A stretch of DNA of 64,000 nucleotides from Nemertoderma westbladi (taxonomy: Eukaryota; Animalia; Xenacoelomorpha), in assembly GCA_032718475.1 (NCBI GenBank), contig JAUCBJ010002000.1:9033-73032 (forward strand). Direction: 5' to 3'. Positions 34,300 to 46,010 of the stretch are shown in pieces. The translations under genes and the position numbers were made by a program. Below the pieces are notes generated by a model. That model searched no databases, was not told the origin of the DNA, and was given only the letters and a program-made list of their open reading frames with translations. Position 1 is the stretch's first letter; each line of letters starts with the position of its first letter.

Positions 34300-35030
34300 A
34301 GTTATCGTAACCACTCACAAACTTTACTTTTAGATTGTTGGGAAGAGCTGGCGATAGTATGTTAAATTTAACAAATGCGTGGTCACTACTTGAAAAATGC
34401 TTCGCAGTATCCACACCTGATACAAATTTAGCGTCGGTAGTAAGCACAAGTTCAAGTATGTGTTTACCGCGGGTGGGTTTGAGCTGCAATTGCAATAGCG
34501 AATTTGGTAATAAAAAATTACTAAATAGATTATAGGTCGCGTTATCAGGATGAGAAGAACTTACCCAATCAAAATAGGGAAAGTTCAAGTCTCCTGTAAT
34601 TACACAAGGGAAATCAACATTACACAAAGTAGTTAAACCGTTATATTTGGGTATTACTGTAATCAGGTATGTCAGATCGTGGTGGTGGTCGATAACAACA
34701 AATAAAACGAGATTTTAGAGAACCAATCACATCTATAGCGGCTACAGAGAATTCGTGTTCCATAAGATTACTTGGCAAAGTCACCGAGTGGCATTTTAAG
34801 TCCTTGTGCACCAATGTAACTGCGCCGCCACCACTGCGTTCCTTACGATCGCTGTGTGCTATTACTAATAGTAATTAGAACTACCTAATAACATGGCATT
34901 CGTGATCTCATCATTTAACCACGTTTCAGTTATGGATACAATTTGGAACAGATCATCTTGAAGAAAAAGTTTGAGATCTGATAGTTTGTTTTTTACTGAT
35001 TGGGAATTAAAATTTGTGCAATTAATAAAA
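34300..35030 (-). mobile_element. CR1-group LINE APE endonuclease fragment
   Basis: IITETWLND, GGGAV, CVITGDLNFP, PTRGKHILELVLT, SSDH. Confidence 0.82.
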
Positions 35031-35269
35031 GGGTTTGGAGTACTTGGAACCTGTGGTGAGTGATTCTCTCCTCCTACTGGTTTCCCTGGTTAGGAGACCC
35101 GGTAACTGGGGACTGTCCCTGAGGGGGTTGTGGACCCGCAGTGGCAGCTGGTCGAGCAGTTACAGATGAAGGGTTAATCCGTCCCTTTGGTTTTATTTCA
35201 CTTCCCGCTACAGGACGTGATCCAGGACTACCAGATACTCTTTCGCGATAAACCCACTCCCGATCTCTT

Positions 35270-35433
35270 AACTACTACTTGTGCTACTTGTATACTTTTT
35301 GTCGGCCTTGAGACCAGGGATTACAAACAAAGTCTGGCGACTTATTTCCAGTGCGGTCCCCCCCAGAACTATACTCCCAAGAGGAAACTCCAGTACTCAT
35401 TTAGCTACCATTCAAGGATTCAAGGATGTGCCC
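35270..35433 (-). mobile_element. 3' part of the SINE family seen at 44420..44700
   Basis: Shares CGACTTATTTCCAGTGCGGTCCCCC..GAGGAAACTC..AGTACTCATTTAGCTACCA. Confidence 0.8.
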
Positions 35434-35829
35434 TCAATTTAATTAGCATACGATAAGAAAAGTACTGATTGACAACAATGACATTTATTAATATCCATTA
35501 ATTAAAAAACAGATTACAAATAAAACAAACCAAATAAAATAGAAGCACAAAATAACTAATAATGAACTATATAAATGAACTAATAAAATATGATGAACTA
35601 TTTAAAAAATATAAACACTAACAAAATATTGAATGGCATTGGGTGTAAGCATAAAAATAAACACTCTGTCTACGTTATATTGTATGTAAACATTGTCTAC
35701 TTTAAAAGATATAAAAGATATCACGGCACGGAACATTGGGCAACCATAAAGAACAATTTACTTTATCGAAATTATAAACTCTAATATTGTATGTAAATTA
35801 TTATTATTGTATGTATTCGCAAATAAAGC

Positions 35830-36125
35830 CAGAAGTCGTAGCTCTTCCGTCACCTGAAGACCTTTGCAGTGAAAGTGTACTGTTGTTCAGATGTGAAATC
35901 AGGACTATAAAGTAGTACAGTATACGTTATACTGTAGTACAGTATAACGAAATCAATTGAACAACGAATTGATGGTTGTTCAACAAGACTTTACGGCAGC
36001 CCTCATCATCAGCTGGAGACAACACATGGCAAACGCAGAGTTTTATGGCACAAACGCAGATTAAGTTTCACTGGGCAATGCTGGAAAAGTTCATGCCAGA
36101 TCTACTTTTCTGGCAACCAACCGTC
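35830..36125 (+). mobile_element. Degraded RTE fragment (second subfamily)
   Basis: GAACAACGAATTGATGGTTG..ATCAGCTGGAGACAACACATG matches the reverse complement of 16785..16860. Confidence 0.65.
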
Positions 36126-36455
36126 ACGTTGTCAAATAAATCATATTACAGTACTTTACCTACTGTATGTTTATTTTTACTCGTTATATTTTAACTTTAT
36201 ATTACTCTAATAAAACTTCTGGAGTTGAGAGAATAAAGGAATTCAAGAATTGTTCAAATGGGAATAGAGTTGTAACACAACAAAATAAGTAATATAAGAA
36301 TTCGGTCTAAAAGGCAACAATGCGCGTATGGTTCAATCCCCTATGACTTTATCATCTTTTCAATTTCTGAACAAAATCATACAACAATTTTAAAATATTA
36401 TTAATTTAAGTACGCATTCTGTTAAATTATAATATGGTTAGTACAAATGAGTAAC

Positions 36456-37629
36456 AACAGAGAAACAACATGTTCCTATCTGTTCAACCGTAAGTAGTCA
36501 TCATTTTATTTAAACAGGGACACAAAGCGCAACCCTGTTTAAATAATACTGTAAGTAAAATTATCACATTGGTTACATTTTTGCATATGTGTTTCGCCGG
36601 GATTTGGCGCATCAGCTACACTAACCCGTGCAGTTTTTTTTTCTATTCTACATTTACATTAAATATTTCGTCTATTAATAAGCGAATATATATAGAAAAT
36701 CATATAGAAATAATTAAGAAACTGCATCTCATAACATGAACAGCAAAAATTACTAAAGTTAGAACTAAAGTTATTCTAGTTCCTTCCATTCCCCTGGATA
36801 TTTTCATTTGTTTCATATTTTTGTATGATGATACTAATGATTAAAGTTATTATTATGAATGCAACAATCAACATCCAAACAATCATCTTTTCGTTTTTCT
36901 TCGGCGGGGGGTTCTGACATTCGCCTATCGACATAGGCAGGCAATTCGAACAAGGGGTATTGGCTCTAGCACATTGGCATCTGATGCATTTTCCGATAAT
37001 CACCTTACATTTGCAGCACTTCATCTTCAATTATATGTTATTATTATTATATTTATATATTGATATTATTAGATTGTTCTAGTAGATTGATATTTTATTT
37101 CGATAAATTATGTAAATTCAATCTAGAACTCACTTTTCACAATTTCAATTCAATCAATTCTAATTAATTTTACTTGCTTGATATTGGTCAGTCAAAAACA
37201 TAATTCGTTCAACTCAAAATTATATTTAAGAGACCGGATCATGCTGAACATGGTTGTTTAAAATGCCTTCCTATTATTTTATTTTTATTATAATTAGCAA
37301 CCATGCACTAGACAAATTATCTCATATAGTGTTGCTAAGGAAATGATTGCTTATTTGATCTGGAATGCAATGCTATTTGTTTATATGTTTGTGTGTGTGT
37401 TTAGCTGGTTTTTGGTGTAGTTAGTTTGATTAACATGTGTCCTGCAAGCGTCAGTGTAGCTGAAACCCGGCGAAATCCGGCCAAATCCCGGCGAAACAGA
37501 TATGCAAAAATGTAACCAATGTGATAATTTTACTTACAGTATTTAAACAGGGTTGCGCTTTGTATCCCTGTTTAAATAAAATGATGACTACTTACGGTTG
37601 AACAGATATGAACATGTTGTTTCTCTGTT
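36456..37629. repeat. ~170-bp inverted repeat pair (36456..36622 / 37452..37629), plus a ~65-bp direct repeat (37163..37226 / 37633..37697)
   Basis: Arms are readable base by base and each contains an internal TTTAAACAGGG..CCCTGTTTAAA stem. No TSD seen. Confidence 0.88.
36776..37024 (-). CDS. Hypothetical 82-aa CXC-like Cys-rich protein with a hydrophobic segment
   Basis: MKCCKCKVIIGKCIRCQCARANTPCSNCLPMSIGECQN followed by IVWMLIVAFIIITLIISIII. Intact short ORF between the inverted repeats; expression unknown. Confidence 0.3.
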   Translation of the reverse strand: MKCCKCKVIIGKCIRCQCARANTPCSNCLPMSIGECQNPPPKKNEKMIVWMLIVAFIIITLIISIIIQKYETNENIQGNGRN

Positions 37630-37899
37630 TCCAATTAATTTGACTTGCTTGATATTGGTCTGTCAAAAACATAATTCGTTCAACTCAAAATTATATATAT
37701 ATAGACACAAAACGTAGCAAGGACGCCATTCTCACTAAAAAGGGACTGGCGTCCTTGCTACCTATGCAGAATATGAAACTGTCGGTTCAGCTACCATGAG
37801 TGGCACCATTGCTACTTAGGTAGCAATGGTGGCAAAGTGGCTACAATGCTACCATAATTTGACAACCAAGTTGATAAGCCCATTTAGCGTGATATAAAT

Positions 37900-38810
37900 A
37901 TATATAAGTTTATTGACATAATATCTAAATACTAAACGCACAAAAATATTTACATAATTTCACCAAATAAATCGAGTATATATTAATAAAATGCGGCAAA
38001 GATATTAGTCCAAGAAAAATATTAATTAATTTTTAATTAATTTTGACCTACCTAAAACGAGTTAATTACTTCATTTATTATTTTACAGATTGTGGAGCTA
38101 TCGTACAAATCCATTAATTCCTTTAAATTATTAATTGTTACTATATTGTATTTAGTTCTTATTTCCTTGGTAAAAAGACAATCAAAAATGGCGTGGTGCT
38201 CTGACTGCACTGATACTGAGTCACAACTGCAAACTCTGTCACATCTGGGAGTTCTAGACCACCTACCCATTTCTATGCGTAGACGATGTGAACTCAGTCT
38301 AAAACGACTAAAGTCAACCCTTTTTGAATCTGGAATAAAAATCTTTTTTGAATATACTTTATGGCATTCTAGAGTAGGATTTATTTCCGTATAGATTTTA
38401 AATTTACTTTGATTTATCGCTTTATTCATAATTTTAGCTTGTAATTTAAGTTTATCTGTCTTTAAAATATTAGATTCGTTCTTCAAGAGCTTGCTTATAT
38501 ATCTGTATCCGGGAGAGTTTAATTTCTTAAGGATCACATAAGCCTTATATACGGGATCTTCAGGATTCCAGTTTTTCATTAATCGAATTAAAGATTTCTG
38601 TGTAATTGAATAAATCATAGAGTCTACTTCTGGCATACCTAATTCAACCAAACATAACTTATTGGGCGTTGTATTTCTTACATTAAGTAGTAATTTTACT
38701 AATCTGATATAAAGTGACCTAATCTCATTACTACCTACTTCAGACAGCCAAGTATAACAAGAATATAAAACTGCCGCTAATACTGCACTATTGAAAAACG
38801 GATCTTTTTA
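37900..38810 (-). mobile_element. Non-LTR retrotransposon 3' end (RT C-terminal zinc-knuckle region; RTE-X/CR1-group-like)
   Basis: VELGMP..FSRFRLSSHRLRIEMGRWSRTPRCDRVCSCD..QSEHHAIFDC, then an AT-rich 3' UTR with AATAAA. Confidence 0.8.
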
Positions 38811-38849
38811 ATATAAACGGCATATTAGTGTTAGAGGCGCAAAATATTC

Positions 38850-39210
38850 CAAACTTCCTAACATGTTTTTCCACTTCCTTCGCATGTAATTTAATTGCAG
38901 ATTTAAGTTTTCCGTCTTGAGTAAAATGCGCTCATCTAACTCATTTTCTATTTCTTGTATTCCTGCAACAAATGCTGGTCTCGAGCACTTCTTCGAAAAT
39001 TCGTGCCGATATTCCATATATGGAAACAAAAAAAAATCGTACATCCTTCACCCATGCGGCATCCTTTGATCCATAAAAGTAGACCCATAAACATATACCC
39101 ATCTTTAATCCTGGAGGATCGGCCATGGCTGGTGGAGCAGAAATACGACCAGGCCATGGTGTATCTTTTTTTGCGCATTTTCGCCCACACCAGATCACCA
39201 ATCCTCATCA
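38850..39210 (-). pseudogene. Intronless PWWP-domain relic (GLYR1/NPAC- or HDGF-like)
   Basis: Three adjoining frames give MRIGDLVWAKMRK / DTPWPGRISAPP..LWVYFYGSKDAAWV / FPYMEYRHEFSKKCSRPAFVAGIQEIEN. The frameshifts sit in homopolymer runs. Confidence 0.8.
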
Positions 39211-39495
39211 TTTGTGACTCATCTGACTCCAGACCAGAACTGGTCAAATTACATTCCTCATCAGAACTTTTTAAATATGGATTACTTTCTTCTTCCTCTT
39301 TGAGGGATTATCAACTTGGGGAGAATTTGGATGCTTGGATGATTCCGGGATTTCTTCCTTCGACTGGATTCTCACTTTTATTGTTGTCAACTTCCTGGGA
39401 TTGTTTTAATTTGTCGCTTGGATTAGATCTTCGCTCACACCCACGTTTATTGTGTCGACATTCACCATACTTCGTATGAAAGACTTTAGACTTCT

Positions 39496-40830
39496 TATTA
39501 TTATTATTATTGTTATTATCATACACCGGCAATCCAGGTACAGACTACATAATGTGAACAAAAAGAAAAATAAATCAACTAAACAGCATAGTACACAATA
39601 CATAAGAATAATTATAGCACAAATCGTAATAAGGACCTATAAGAACAAAATAAATATACAACAGATAGTTAATGATAAACAGTTAAGTAGTAACACGAAT
39701 GTCTAACGCGAACAAATATTTACCAAAATATCATTAAGTTCAACCAAGCTGAAACCGGGAATATTTAGAAATCCATTGTTATAATCAACTAATTCTCTAC
39801 ACAAAGGCACTATATATGATGATCTACTGTCTGGGAACCAAGTGACATTATTGCATAGCCGTTTTGAAACATTATTGAAACCTACTTGACATTTATTAAT
39901 AATATGATATAAATTCGAACCAGACACTGTCCTACAATCAAATAAACATAATGTTGCAAGAAATTTAATTGAGGGTTTATAAAAATACTAAAGTAAATTA
40001 TTATTATTATTTATTATTATATTTATATTTATTTATATAAATATTAAATATTATAAATATTATTTATAAATATTTATATTTATATTTATTATTATATTAT
40101 TATTATTATTATTTACTACTATACTAAAGTAAATTTACCAATTTACCGCGTTTTGACATTACATCACTGGTAAATCTACCACTAAAATGAAATATATTAC
40201 CCAAATGGGTGGCTTGCTTAACCCAAGGAAGGGAGGAGCCATTTAATACAATATTACAGTTAGGTGGTGACCAAGTAAACCCGAACGGAATGCACTTACT
40301 TTTACTCTTATTTGGGTCTTTATTTGTGCTGAAAATCATATTATTCTGGACTGCGAAATCGCTACAAATATTCATCATAACTTGTAAACCGGCAATTGTC
40401 GGGCATAAAAGTAGGATATCGTCCACATAAATTATCACACCAAAATATCTGGAGCTAATATTGCACCCTATCTGAGCTATCTATCCCTATCTGAGCTTTT
40501 CAGCAAGAGAATTTAGGATGACACAAAACAATAGCGGCGACGCTACCGACCCTTGTCTTACTCCATTAGAAATGCCAAATGCATCTGAACTTGAAGACCC
40601 CCATTTAACACAGCCTTAACACAGTCTAACCTCGATAAACGAACAACAACATCCGAAGGAAAAGTACAGAAAACCCATTCTTCATGAGTTCCATAAACAA
40701 TGAAACCCAATTGACTAGGACAAACGCTTTAGACAGGTCTAAAAAACAACCATATACCGGGGTGGAGAAACGCGAGTAATATGAAATCACCTCGCTGGCT
40801 GCCCAGCTACAAGATGTCATGCTGGAATCT
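39496..40830 (-). mobile_element. CR1/L2-group LINE RT, internally deleted, with (AAT)n tail
   Basis: VYGCFLDLSKAF, GVRQGSVASP, IIYVDDILLL, HLGN, C-terminal LCREL..IPGFS. Tail at ~39496..39520. Confidence 0.85.
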
Positions 40831-41425
40831 TACGAGACGTTTTAGACTTCATACGTTTATGTTGAAGACCATACAAAAAAAATGAAAAAAAAAATTGGTC
40901 GAAATCGTCATTTTTTATGTGAAAAATTGCAAAAATGTCCAAAAATTTAAAACTTAAAAAATGTGTAAGTCTGAAATAAATTCGAACACCCTTTTTTAGA
41001 ATTCCATAATTTTTGTAATACCAAACTGAGCCTAAAAATGGCTCTATTACTTAAAACTGCCGACATCTTCGTTTTCTATAAGTGAAAATAAATTTTATTA
41101 ATAAATTTTAAAAATAATTATTTAAATCAAAATTTTTAAAAACTCATTTACAGCAACATGCTGCTTATTGATTGCTCAATCTGATCTAACAGAAAGCACT
41201 GATTGCTCTCACTATTAATTGGGGACCAGATGTGACAATGATTCTGATATGGATACAAGTAGTTAAATAAAAAAACATGTGCTTCATAGTTAACCTGAAT
41301 CTTCATGATCAGTTAATTAAACGACATTTCCATGGCAATAATATTGGCTACTTTCTAACATAACTGATTATAGAATAAGTAAGTTTAATAAGAAGAAATT
41401 TATTCCAATTAATCTAAACATGTTT

Positions 41426-43510
41426 TCAATTATAGTTTCTGACCGCATAGAGCAGTTGTTCACCATATGATGGACGCCCATCTGGTACCTTGTATCTTGA
41501 CCAGACATCTGCGAAGTCAGAATGTACAGCCTCAGAAGATTGTTCACTCCAAAAACCTAAAGCTGCATTGTGACCCTCGCAGAACTGTGCAACATGACAA
41601 ATTATGGCATGTACTTTTGGTGTTATGCTGATACCCAATGCAATATATGCCTCTTGAAAGAGGGCAATGTGCTCCTTATAGCCCGGATAGAGAATGCGAC
41701 TAAGCAAGTATGGACTAGATTGTTAAATGCTTCGAAAGCATCAACATACTTGAGAGTGCTAAGAGGGCAAATTGACCTTAGCGTGTCAACTTTCTTGAGA
41801 AGTTTATGGCAAGAATTTCCAGTGAAAGAACCTCCATGCAAAGCTTCCCTCCCTCTCAACATGAAGAGTTGTTGCCCACTCAGTAGCAGCCTGTGGACAC
41901 TCTGATAAGAGGTGGTTATACATATGATTGACGGTGCCAAGTAGAATATGTAGTTCTGGAGGTGGTATTATATCTAGGATTAATGTGGTTTGATTGCCCT
42001 TGAGCAAGGGTACATGAATGCAGTTATCAAAATCCTTAGCATTCTCTCTAGATTTCCCAGATCTGAACCAATGCCAAAATAACATTTCAATGTTCCCCAG
42101 AGTTCGGAGCTCCCCAGAGTACAGCAGATCGGTCTTAGATATATCACACCATGTACATGGATGACATGACCCATGAGCCATTAATCCCAATATGATGTTG
42201 GCCAGCTTGAGATCTGTAGCAATGGTCCAGGTAAGATCATGCATCGCAGTATTGATGTCAAGTGTGAGGAACACTTTCATTAAATTAAAGTAATTCTCTT
42301 GAGTTGAAGGAGTAAGAAATAATATAAATAACTTATTCACACCGGAGTCTTTTAATCGTTTTGCTGCAATACCTTGACTGTATGTTGACCGTTTCTGCAC
42401 ATGAGAAGAATCACAAGAAGCTGCAGTATCATCCTCCACTTCACTGGACTTGATCCCTTTCACTGATGATATATTCTGGATGTTCATACACACCTTGAGG
42501 AACCCTCCACCTCCATCGATTCCTATCTTTACATGTGTATCCTCATATAGGATACCACGGTCCTGTTTAACAAACTGGATAAGAGCTTTGATATCGGTGC
42601 AAAAGACTGCAGATTTGTCTACATTCGTGATTTTATCAGATTTTGAATCTTTACTGCTGAAAGATAAGATGTTATCAATGAATAAATTATCTAAACGGTG
42701 GTTAAGCTGCTGCAGCTTCACACGCATTCCACTCTCAATGGAGTGACGATTCGCAGTAGCAGATCTGATATTTGATGCAAGTTGTATGGTTTTATTCATA
42801 CTGAGGCCCATGTCTACCTGAATTTGATTGATATCCTTGTAGTCTAACATTAGACTATGCTTTACCCTTTTATTCTGTGGCTGCAACGAAACTGGAATTG
42901 GACGTCCAGTTGTTGTTGCCAAGGGGATACTTTCGATATCACTAGATTTAGTAAAAGGATTCACTGTGGCTGATGAGGAAGATGAACTTGATCCTGTGTT
43001 TAAATCATTGATCTTGTTACGAATAACCAAAGAGGCGACCTCCTTGCATTTTGGAGTACCAGCAACAGCTAGTTTATGAATGTTTTCAGCCCGTGTACCC
43101 TTAGTGAAGCTAACCTCTCCCCAGAACTGTTACACATTTGCTACACACCAACATATGTTGGGGTTTTGATATTGAACTTACAAATTCAGTTGTTGGATCT
43201 TGTGGAGAATCATAGTGTAATTGTCCTGGTTTCTTCCTTGTCGGCATAACCTTAGCTGTAAAGTTGGTATTTGTTGATCTCCTAGCAACATCACAAACAT
43301 TACATTCACAGCAAACCATCGACCTAGTTATTGGCTGCACATCCAGGATGGTGGAATGATCGTAGACAAATCATTACGATCATATTCTTTCATGAAGTGC
43401 TGTTGAATTAGGACTTTCAATTTGTCATTTATCTTTGCCATTTTCTTCGTTTTCCCCATGCAGAGGATACAAACAGCGAACCTAGATTCATTGTGAGTTT
43501 TAGAATGAGC
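41426..43510 (-). pseudogene. Chapaev-like DDE transposase (frameshifted)
   Basis: N-terminal H-x7-C-x2-C (THNESRFAVCILC) plus CECNVC and CSKC. Core KIGIDGGG, ATDLK, HPCTWC, PPELH, HAIICH, WSEQSSE. Confidence 0.82.
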
Positions 43511-43779
43511 ATTTTCCTTAACTACCTACGGAAGCCCACAACGCCCACCACTAAAAAAGCAAGTTACCATATTATATATGCTAAAACCTAAGCTACGAAA
43601 TTTCACTACCCAAAGAACAATAAAAACCATTGCCGAAAAACAATAAATTAGTCTGGAAAAACAGCTCGTTTGCAAGCCACCCTTCCATTATATATTGTAA
43701 ACACCGCCAGGTCCGCAATGCCAGCCATGACAGTTGGAAAATTAATCACCATATAGGAATAAATATTGACCAAGAATAA

Positions 43780-43918
43780 CAAAAAATGTTGATATTATTA
43801 TTCAATTAGTAATGTATGGTTATAATGTAGTGTAGGAGTATAATTATCAAAAAATGTTGATATTATTATTCAATTAGTAATGTATGGTTATAATGTAGTG
43901 TAGGAGTATAATTATCAA
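43780..43918 (+). repeat. Perfect tandem duplication of ~68 bp
   Basis: CAAAAAATGTTGATATTATTATTCAATTAGTAATGTATGGTTATAATGTAGTGTAGGAGTATAATTAT twice. Confidence 0.9.
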
Positions 43919-44419
43919 TGAGTCAGACTAAATAATTTGCAGTTAGATCAGATTGAGCAATTGATAAGCAATATGTTGATGTAAATGAGTTTTAAAAAAT
44001 TTGATTTTAAATAATTATTTTAAAATTTATTAAGCAAATTTGTTTTCACTTAGCCATTTTTAGGCTCAGTTTGGCATTACAAAAATTATGCAATTCTAAA
44101 AAAGGGTGTTCTAATTTGTTTCAGACTTACACATTTTTTAAGTTTGAAATTTTTGGACATTTTTGCAATTTGTCACATTAAAAATGAAGATGTCGACCGA
44201 TTTTTTTTTCATTTTTTTTTGTAGTCAGTGGGTGCATACAAACTCAAAATATATATCAAATTGGGTGTTCAATACTTTTGAACTAAAAGTTAGTTCAGAC
44301 CCACTGTGCCCTACCCTCTAAAATCTAAAAATTTTAACGAAAACGTCTGATTTTTTTGTTTGGCGATTTCTTTCACTAGTCTAAAATCAAAACTAAAAAA
44401 CTCATAAATCCGCATAATG

Positions 44420-44700
44420 CAAAAAAGTAAAAAGTAAAGTAAATTTTCTTCGGCCGCTAGGCCAGGGATTACGCACAAAGTCTTACGACTTATTTCCAGT
44501 GCGGTCCCCCCAGAACTTTACTCCCCAGAGGAAACTCTAGTACTCATTTAGCTACCACTTAAGGATGCAAGGCAGAGATGCGCCCTGGCTGGTCCCTTTA
44601 AAGCATTCGTGCCGAAACGAAAACTGCCCTGGCCCATGTGAGGATCGAACCCACGACTTACAAGAGATGTGAATTCAATGCAACCACTACACCAAGGTGG
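44420..44700 (-). mobile_element. tRNA-derived SINE, near full length
   Basis: Minus strand has A box TGGTGTAGTGG and B box GGTTCGATCC, a body shared with 35270..35433, and a (TTTAC)n-like tail. Confidence 0.8.
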
Positions 44701-45600
44701 AACCTTGGTGAAACAAAATGATCCTATATATTGATCAATTTTCTTATATTTATTTCAAAATTTGGTGCTGGCACAAAAATATTCTCACACTGCAGAAAAA
44801 TACAAGTTTGATAACTCTTATGTAATTTTTATTTATTCCATTGAATTCAGAACACTCGCAAATCCGTATAACTTAAGTAACAAAATTTGGTCAAAATTTG
44901 GTGCTACCACCAAATTTTGGACCCGCCGAAAAAAGTTTGCAATTTCTAGCATATTTTATATGTTTTCCATCTAATTGCGAACACCAAAAAACTGGCGTAA
45001 CTCAAAAATATAGAGGTTACGAATCATATTTCATGATATGTAATTTTCAAAAAACGTCTCAAAAAGTGCCAAAAGTAGGGTTTAAAAATGGTGATATAAC
45101 TCGAAAAGTTCCCAATAATTTTAAAACCCGTTTTCATATTGATGCCCCCCCCCCCCCGGGTTTAATATGGTTAAATATTATTAAACTTTTTATGGGACGC
45201 TGGATTGTAAGTAATTTTATTGTACAACAATAAAATAAAATATACTGTCTCTAGTCTAATATTCCCTAATCGGGAATACTCAATGAATGGTGCTATCTTG
45301 TGGGCCCTTTACAACCCCCGGCAGTGCTATGCGTATTGAGTTCAATTAGGGGAAATTATGTTGTCCCATCTTGCATAATAGCCATGTAGCTATTGTTATT
45401 GCAGTGGTATGTGGCGCCTTAGTTATTCTTCCTCATCCTGAACCTTGATGATGGCCAAAGTAATTGCCCTCTTCAATTTTTCCAAATATGTCATATTCGT
45501 CACAGGCAGGAATAGGCGTCTGTAGAATTCCCTCTTTATTGTCTTCATGCGATATGACTCATATATACGTATACGATGTATAAGTATCATATGTATTTTA

Positions 45601-45759
45601 TAATGTAAAAGGACAATATGATAGTGGTCCCCATAGCGAAAATAGCATCCGAACCGATTGGGACTCGAACCTGGTACCTAGGTTTCAAACTTCCGGTTAT
45701 CGTCGGTTCGTTGATATTTATCGCTATGGGGAGCATTATCATATTGTCCTATTACATTA
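45601..45759. mobile_element. Small MITE-like fold-back element
   Basis: ~39-bp imperfect inverted ends TAATGTAAAAGGACAATATGATAGTGGTCCCCATAGCGA / TCGCTATGGGGAGCATTATCATATTGTCCTATTACATTA. A related copy lies at ~31335..31430. Confidence 0.6.
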
Positions 45760-45904
45760 TAATATACTTAATTCACCGTCACTCACCCCACAACAATTAA
45801 TTTATTATTATACATCTCATATGTATGACACGTGTATAAATAAAGTATAATAAATCATAAATACAATTAATAATAAGTAATCTAAAGTATAGAGGGCAAA
45901 TCTA

Positions 45905-46010
45905 TGCACCAAGTTGTGCAAGTGTCACCTGCACCAAGTTGTGCAAGTGTCGTCACCTGCACCAAGTTGTGCAAGTGTCGTCACCTGCACCAAGTTGTGC
46001 AAGTATCACC
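45905..46010 (+). repeat. Tandem repeat, 4 copies of a 25-28-bp unit
   Basis: TGCACCAAGTTGTGCAAGTGTC(GTC)ACC, head to tail. Confidence 0.92.

Larger units (their letters stand above)
40870..44308 (-). mobile_element. Chapaev-like (CMC; RAG1/Transib-related) DNA transposon
   Basis: Long imperfect subterminal inverted repeats at ~40872..41190 and ~43940..44223. The upstream terminus reads 5'-CACAGTGGG (44308). The opposite terminus was not found. Confidence 0.75.

Noticed and set aside
40870-44308. ProtoRAG/RAG-like transposon with RAG2L and bipartite RSS
   Set aside because: No convergent kelch/PHD ORF, no canonical nonamer at 12 or 23 nt, and only one terminus found.
44630-44700. tRNA gene
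   Set aside because: A and B boxes are present but there is no convincing cloverleaf, and it continues into a repeated body and simple-repeat tail, so it is a SINE head.
45905-46010. 28-bp repeats of CRISPR-like length
   Set aside because: No spacers; a simple tandem repeat.
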